Under the pieces are notes generated by a model. It was not told the origin of the DNA and made no database searches. It saw nothing but the letters and a program-made list of their open reading frames with translations. Of a stretch of DNA of 64,000 nucleotides, positions 58,030 to 64,000 are shown in pieces. The stretch's first letter is position 1; every line of letters starts with the position of its first letter. The stretch lies in the NCBI RefSeq assembly GCF_009914755.1, contig NC_060931.1, one strand, 5' to 3'. This stretch comes from the human T2T-CHM13v2.0 reference genome, Homo sapiens. A program made the position numbers and the translations under genes.

Positions 58030-58460
58030 CCATACTTTTAGAACTCTATGCCCTGGAAATAAAAAAAAAAAGGTATACCTAAAGATATATGTACAAGAAT
58101 AGTTAGCACAGCATCATTTGAAACAGTAAAACCAGAAATAAACCGAAGATTGATCAATGAAAAGATGGTTGCATCAGTTACGCATGTCCGTACTATGGAA
58201 TAAATTCTATCTACTTAAAGAATGATGTAGTTCTGTCTATATTGACTTCTACAGATGTACAGAATGCATTATTAAGCAGATTGTAGAACAAATAATAAGT
58301 CTCCATATGTTCATGTATGCTTGTATGTATTTGTATGAACATAGAAAAAGATAGAAGTATATATACCAGTTAACAACTGTTACTTTTCTGGTGGAGTGGG
58401 AATGCAAAGATCATTAATTTTTATATTATGGACATTTACCTCATAACAATCTTTTGAATT
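58030..58460 (+). mobile_element. Old L1ME-type 3' fragment containing copy 2 (58172-58392) of the duplication
   Basis: aaagatatatgtacaagaatagttagcacagcatcatttg...; L1-like sequence continues on both sides of the duplicated block. Confidence 0.65.
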
Positions 58461-59176
58461 TAGAGAACACTAAATAATTTGAACTGGGCTATGTAAGGTT
58501 AAAGAAATCTGATAATGACAGCTAAATGGAGAGGATGCAGGGAGAGGGATGGTTGAGGGTGTCAATGATATTGGGCAAAGCCAGGCAAGAAAGCAGAGGG
58601 AAGATTTCCTTGGCTGGCATGAAGATTTAACAAAGATAAGGTTAAAATGAAGTCTAGGAAGTTTCTAAGACTAGCAGGTTCATCAAGATTGCATACTGTT
58701 TTTTCACCTCCTTTCTTGATTCCACAACAATAAATATTTTGGAACTAAGTATCAGGATTCCCCAGGCAGGAGAAGGGGATGTCAGTTAGGTGTTTGGTTC
58801 TCTATCCTGTTGTCTCCATTTGCCAGACTTGGGGGGGTGGGGAACGGGATTCCAAATTATATTGGACAATTAACCTCAGGTTAGAATAAGCTTCCTTTCC
58901 ATACTGGGAGCAGTGAGGGAAGGAGACGTTGGAAACATCACCTTCTCCGAGAACCAGTCCTAGCAGCATCAGGGGATCTAAGGATCCACTGCCATTGTGG
59001 ACAGGTCCACAAAGACCAACAAAGACCATGACCAGGGCCTTGATTTGACCACATCTGACTCAGCAGATCATTCTGAATTAATACTTCAATTTCCTTTTTT
59101 TTTTTTTTTTTTTTTTCAGTTTGTGGAAGATGAGGTTTTAGATCTGTGTGCACTATTTTGTTCCTTTATTTTCTAG

Positions 59177-59222
59177 GATTGTGTGAATGAAGCTGCATCT
59201 CAAGAGGGAGACAAGCCACAGG
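59177..59222 (+). CDS. GIMAP8: GIMAP8 exon 3, 46 nt linker (DCVNEAASQEGDKPQ + first base of G)
   Basis: Acceptor ttcctttattttctag; donor GG|GTAAGT; phase 0 in and phase 1 out, joining exons 2 and 4 in frame. Confidence 0.92.
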
Positions 59223-59895
59223 GTAAGTTGATCTTTAAGAAACATTAAGCTCACACTTGTATTCTTTTGAATGCATTCTGCAGCCAAAGTGAAGCGGAAA
59301 CATTATCCATATAAACCAGAAAATTCACCCTGGGGACCTAGCTGAGGTTGGTTCCCACAAGCTATCCCCTAGGAAACTCCTAACACTTGTGAGTAGGTAT
59401 AGCACCAGCAAAGTTCCTGGACCCAGCGAGGGTGTCCTTGGACTTTTCTGAAGTGTTACAGAGCTGGGCTTGCCTCTTGTGTCTTCTTTCCTAACTCAGA
59501 CTCTTCTTTCTGGCCTTGGATCCGGCCCTGCCCAAGTTTTGACTCCTCTTAGGAAAGCAGAAATCACTCCTTCATGGACAACACCAACTTGGAGAATTCT
59601 CTGATGGGGTGCAGTATTCAGGTGATGATTGCCAGTAATGATAGATCCTGCACATCTGCATAAGTCAATATGTATAGATCTACCTCCTTCCGTATAGTAG
59701 ATGCAGTTTGTTTCACAATGTGGACACACAAAACAAATGCAACCATGCCTTTACTGATGGATTTGCAGGTTATTTCTGGGTCAGCCCTGTGCAAGCTCTG
59801 AGTATCCAGTCGTGAATAAGATAGACAAGATCCTTTTCCTCATGGAAATCTTCCAAATAATAAAATCATAATTTTAATAGTATTGCTAATAATTA

Positions 59896-60198
<303 letters not shown>

Positions 60199-60414
60199 TT
60201 GCAGCTGACATTATGTCCTGGGAAATAACTTTCATAAATATGTAATTCAATCTTCATAGCATATTCATATATAATCCTCTTAAAATACACCAGTTCAATT
60301 CTTGTAACAATCTTGTAAAGAAGATGTTGTGAGCCTCATCCTCATTTCACAGCTGAGTGCACTCAGCCAGAAATACGTGTACTCAGGCAGAAGGGTTTCA
60401 AAATTCTGGCAATG

Positions 60415-60880
60415 CCCTTTGGCCGAGACCCCAGGAACACACGTGTGACTGAACAAAAGTGCGTTTATTGACCTGTGGCTGTGAGGGCCCAGCACACCAT
60501 GGGGAGTCACAGGGCTGTCAGAAACAGGGGGCAGGGAAGGACTTTTTATAGGATGTGGGCTCATGTTAGGTGATTCTGAGGAAGGTTCCAGGAAGTGGGA
60601 CTTTGCTCCAGGATGGATGCGCTTAGGAAGTGGGGGGTAGTTCCACAATGAAGTGTTTGAATAATTCTTCTGTCCAAGGTGACAAGGGTGGAACGAGGCT
60701 AAAGCCATCAGGAGGCAGCTGTCATCTATTTAGCCAGTGCAGGGGATGTTCGGGCAATGCTGTTGTTTTTGTGTGCTCAGATACGATTGCAGAGTGGTTG
60801 TGGTTGTGGAAGACTCGTGTCTGATTTTCTGTAATACTGTGGATGAGAGACAGGAGGGTGCCATGGCCTTGCTGTGGAGG
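60415..60880 (-). mobile_element. Old ERVL-class LTR (MER76-like)
   Basis: Antisense AATAAA (gtttattg), antisense TATA-like ttttatagg and gggctcatgttaggtgattctg resemble the recalled consensus. Confidence 0.35.
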
Positions 60881-61611
60881 CCAGACCAGCTCCTGGCTCT
60901 CAAGGGCTATTTATTATCCCTTCTCACTCCTACTTTTAACCACTGCACTGTATGGTCTCTCTAAATTGAAGAGAGTCCATATTCGAAATAAATATAAAAT
61001 TATTATTTTGGTAAGAATAGAGGAAATACACATGGCAGCTGATTTGTATAGTTTTGCGGTGAGCAATTTAGGTGAAGTTCTCTTGAAGAAGTTATATTTG
61101 CATAGGAACCTGAGTAGCCAGCAGGAGATAGGGCAGGAGGCAAAGAAAGTGCTGTCATATGGGCAAAAGTCCTGAAGTCTGTAAAGGAGAGTAGGGGGGA
61201 GTGTGAGGGAGGGAGGGGCACTTCCAGGCCTGACTCAAGTTCTTCCTTAACTGTGAAGCCTTCCATGCACACTTCCGTGCTAGTCAGGTCCTAAGGGCTT
61301 TACAGGTGCTGTTTCCTTTAGTCTTTTCAACCTCAACGTGGGCATTAGATTCCCATTCTACCAACATGGAAACAGATTCGCAAAGCGGTAAGTTTTCCAA
61401 GGCAATACAGCAAGGGCCTTTGATGCTGTGTCCATCCCACCTTCCCAACTTGCTGCTCAGACCCTTCCCACGAAGGCTGTTGATGACTCAGCCTCAGAGA
61501 AAGCTCCCTGCAGTTGCAGACTCTCCCTTTTGCTCAGTTCATAGGTCTGGTGTTGATGCTGCCTCAGCCAGGGGATGTGTGGAGAGATAGTTGTAGGGTG
61601 CAGGTTTGCAG

Positions 61612-61970
61612 GTTTTTACAGCAATTTATTGAGGTACGATTTACACAGAGTAAAATGCACAAATCTTAAGCAAACAGCTTGATGCCTTTTTCTATATCTA
61701 TACATATGGGATCCCCATCTAGATAAAGATATAGAGCATTTCCATCATCTTACAGATTCTTGCTGCCCCTCGCCAAAGAGAAACACTATCCAGATTTCTA
61801 TCAACATAGATTAATTTGGTCTGTTCTTCAACTTCATATGGTAGAATCATCTAGTATGCAGTTTTTGTGTCCTGCTTCTTTTACTTAGCGTGTTTTTTTG
61901 AGATCCATCTATACTGCATATCGCTAGTTCACTTTTTTTTTAATTGCTGAGTGTATTTGATTTTATACCA
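61612..61970 (-). mobile_element. L1M 3' end fragment
   Basis: acagcaatttattgaggtacgatttacacagagtaaaatgcacaaatcttaag. Confidence 0.75.
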
Positions 61971-62359
61971 CCAAGGGGCATTTGAAAATCGGATTCTCCC
62001 TGCTCCTGCCTTAGCCCCTGGGCTTACCTTTGGTACGTACTTACCTTTGGTAGGCCCCAGTACTTACCTTTGATAACAAAATGAGGGGAACCCTGAGGAC
62101 CTAGACCAACGAAGGCCAAAGTTGGCATGTTCGTGTTCCTGGGGAATCTTAAGCTCCATGAATATCTCTTAGTTCACTCCTGCCCCTGTTTGTGGCTTTC
62201 ACCTTGATGGAGAGCTTCTGGCTGAGAGTAGAGTTCTACTGGTTTACCGTGTTGTTGCCATTCTCTATACAAGTTTGCAGGGATGAGAAATCATAAAACC
62301 TGCCCACATCCATATTCAACTGCAGGAAGAGACTCTGAACCTGTCCATTTGTCCCACAG

Positions 62360-62986
62360 GCCCAAGGGAAAGGCAGCTGCAGTCCACAGGACCCGAGCAG
62401 AATCCGGGGACATCAGAACTGACAGTCCTCCTTGTGGGGAAACGCGGTGCTGGAAAAAGTGCAGCAGGAAACAGCATTCTGGGGAGGCAGGCCTTTCAGA
62501 CCGGATTTAGTGAGCAGTCAGTAACCCAGAGCTTCTTGTCTGAGAGCAGAAGCTGGAGAAAAAAGAAAGTTTCGATCATTGATGCTCCGGACATCTCATC
62601 TTTAAAGAACATTGACTCAGAAGTTAGAAAACACATCTGTACAGGCCCCCATGCCTTCCTGCTGGTGACACCACTGGGCTTTTACACTAAGAATGATGAG
62701 GCAGTGCTGAGCACCATCCAAAACAATTTTGGAGAAAAATTCTTTGAGTACATGATCATACTTCTTACCAGGAAAGAAGATTTAGGGGATCAGGATCTAG
62801 ATACGTTCTTAAGAAACAGCAATAAAGCTCTCTATGGTCTCATCCAGAAGTGTAAAAACAGATATAGTGCCTTCAACTACCGGGCAACAGGAGAAGAAGA
62901 GCAAAGGCAGGCGGACGAGCTCCTGGAAAAAATTGAGAGCATGGTGCATCAGAATGGGAACAAGCATTGTGTTTTCAGAGAAAAAG
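62360..62986 (+). CDS. GIMAP8: GIMAP8 exon 4: residues 228-437, AIG1-type GTPase domain 2
   Basis: PRERQLQSTGPEQNPGTSELTVLLVGKRGAGKSAAGN, IDAPD, TRKEDL, FNYR. Acceptor tttgtcccacag at 62359; donor AAG|GTAAAA; 627 nt, phase 1-1. Confidence 0.97.
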
Positions 62987-63062
62987 GTAAAACTGTGAAT
63001 AGGATATATATTTTTACATATATCATTTAAAAATAGGTATAAAATATATAAGAACTTTTTAT

Positions 63063-63456
63063 TTTCTTTTTTTTCTTTTTTTTTATTATACTTTAAGTTT
63101 TAGGGTACATGTGCACATTGTGCAGGTTAGTTACATATGTATACATGTGCCATGCTGGTGCGCTGCACCCACTAACTCGTCATCTAGCATTAGGTATATC
63201 TCCCAATGCTATCCCTCCCCACTCCCCCCACCCCACAACAGTCCCCAGAGTGTGATATTCCCCTTCCTGTGTCCATGTGATCTTATTGTTCAATTCCCAC
63301 CTATGAGTGAGAATATGCGGTGTTTGGTTTTTTGTTCTTGCGATAGTTTACTGAGAATGATGATTTCCAATTTCATCCATGTCCCTTCAAAGGACATGAA
63401 CTCATCATTTTTTATGGCTGCATAGTATTCCATGGTGTATATGTGCCACATTTTCT
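63063..63456 (-). mobile_element. Young L1 3' fragment (L1PA2-type), 5'-truncated
   Basis: T tail then ttattatactttaagttttagggtacatgtgcacattgtgcagg; actaactcgtcatctagc carries the GAG state, not Ta ACA or pre-Ta ACG. Confidence 0.9.
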
Positions 63457-63491
63457 AAAAGGCATAGAGAAGATAAAAAGGACAGGTCTCC

Positions 63492-63606
63492 TGTTCCTGT
63501 GTTAGTCTGCTTAGGATGGCAGCCTCCAGCTCTATCTATGTTACTGCAAAAGACAGGATTTCATTCTTTTTTATGGCTGCCTATTATTCTATGGTGTATA
63601 TGTACC
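63492..63606 (-). mobile_element. Older L1PB/L1PA 3' fragment
   Basis: tgttcctgtgttagtctgcttaggatggcagcctccagctc...ttttatggctgc. Confidence 0.65.
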
Positions 63607-64000
63607 TGTACCTAAAATAAAAGTTGAAATGAAACAAAAAAGAAGTTGAAACTGGAAGAAAAATAAAGGAAGGATAGGTCTGTTCTATGGACTAACTCTT
63701 TTCTCTTTCTTTGCTTCTCAAATTGTACTGAAGTTATAGCTTTTCCATGCACATTCTCTTGAACCGGTCTTTAATTTTTTCATGATCTTTACTATCTCTT
63801 CAACTGGATAGTGTGAGTGTCTTGAAGAAAGGAGCTGATGCTTTCCAACCCTTTGTTTCCCCACAGTGTACTGTTGCCCAGAGCTTGGCACACTGCTCTC
63901 TTTACTACTTAAGAAGGGCTCCTCATCCACTTAGTGCTACACGTTCAGTTGACCTATGCTGAGGTCCTTCCCATTCTTACTCATCCCGTTTTTTTTTCTG

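Noticed and set aside
62434-63030. ORF-track 198-aa GTG-initiated protein as a separate gene
   Set aside because: It is the interior of GIMAP8 exon 4; the real exon starts at 62360 and splices out at 62986.

Overview
Human (primate) genomic DNA, recognisable as the proximal edge of the GIMAP cluster on 7q36.1. The only protein-coding gene supported by the sequence is GIMAP8 on the + strand. It has a non-coding exon 1 ending at 39526, then coding exons 55019-55682 (ATG at 55047, GTPase domain 1), 59177-59222 and 62360-62986 (GTPase domain 2); the last exon lies beyond the window. From recall of the locus plus splice and poly(A) signals, about 22.0-36.5 kb is probably the lncRNA LINC00996, and the first ~790 bp is the 3' end of an upstream transcript. 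Much of the rest is transposon-derived: about 27 Alus including a consensus-like AluYa5, old L1M/L2/MIR, a young L1PA2-type 3' fragment, solo LTRs (LTR7B-type HERV-H, MER9, MER31, MER67, MST, MLT1), an MLT2/ERVL provirus remnant and MER47/MER5 DNA transposons. No prokaryotic-type system (CRISPR, operon) is present, and I found no convincing wholly new biological system. The most interesting sequence-level observations are: a possible intronic poly(A) route to a single-domain GIMAP8; catalytic-motif substitutions in domains 1 and 2; three tandem anti-donor (U1-like) motifs upstream of the in-frame skippable exon 4; a 225-bp templated duplication with a fold-back junction; a divergent CTCF motif pair; and a duplicated UPRE/kB-like cassette. 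Repeat family names come from recalled consensus sequences, and their boundaries are approximate unless TSDs are given.
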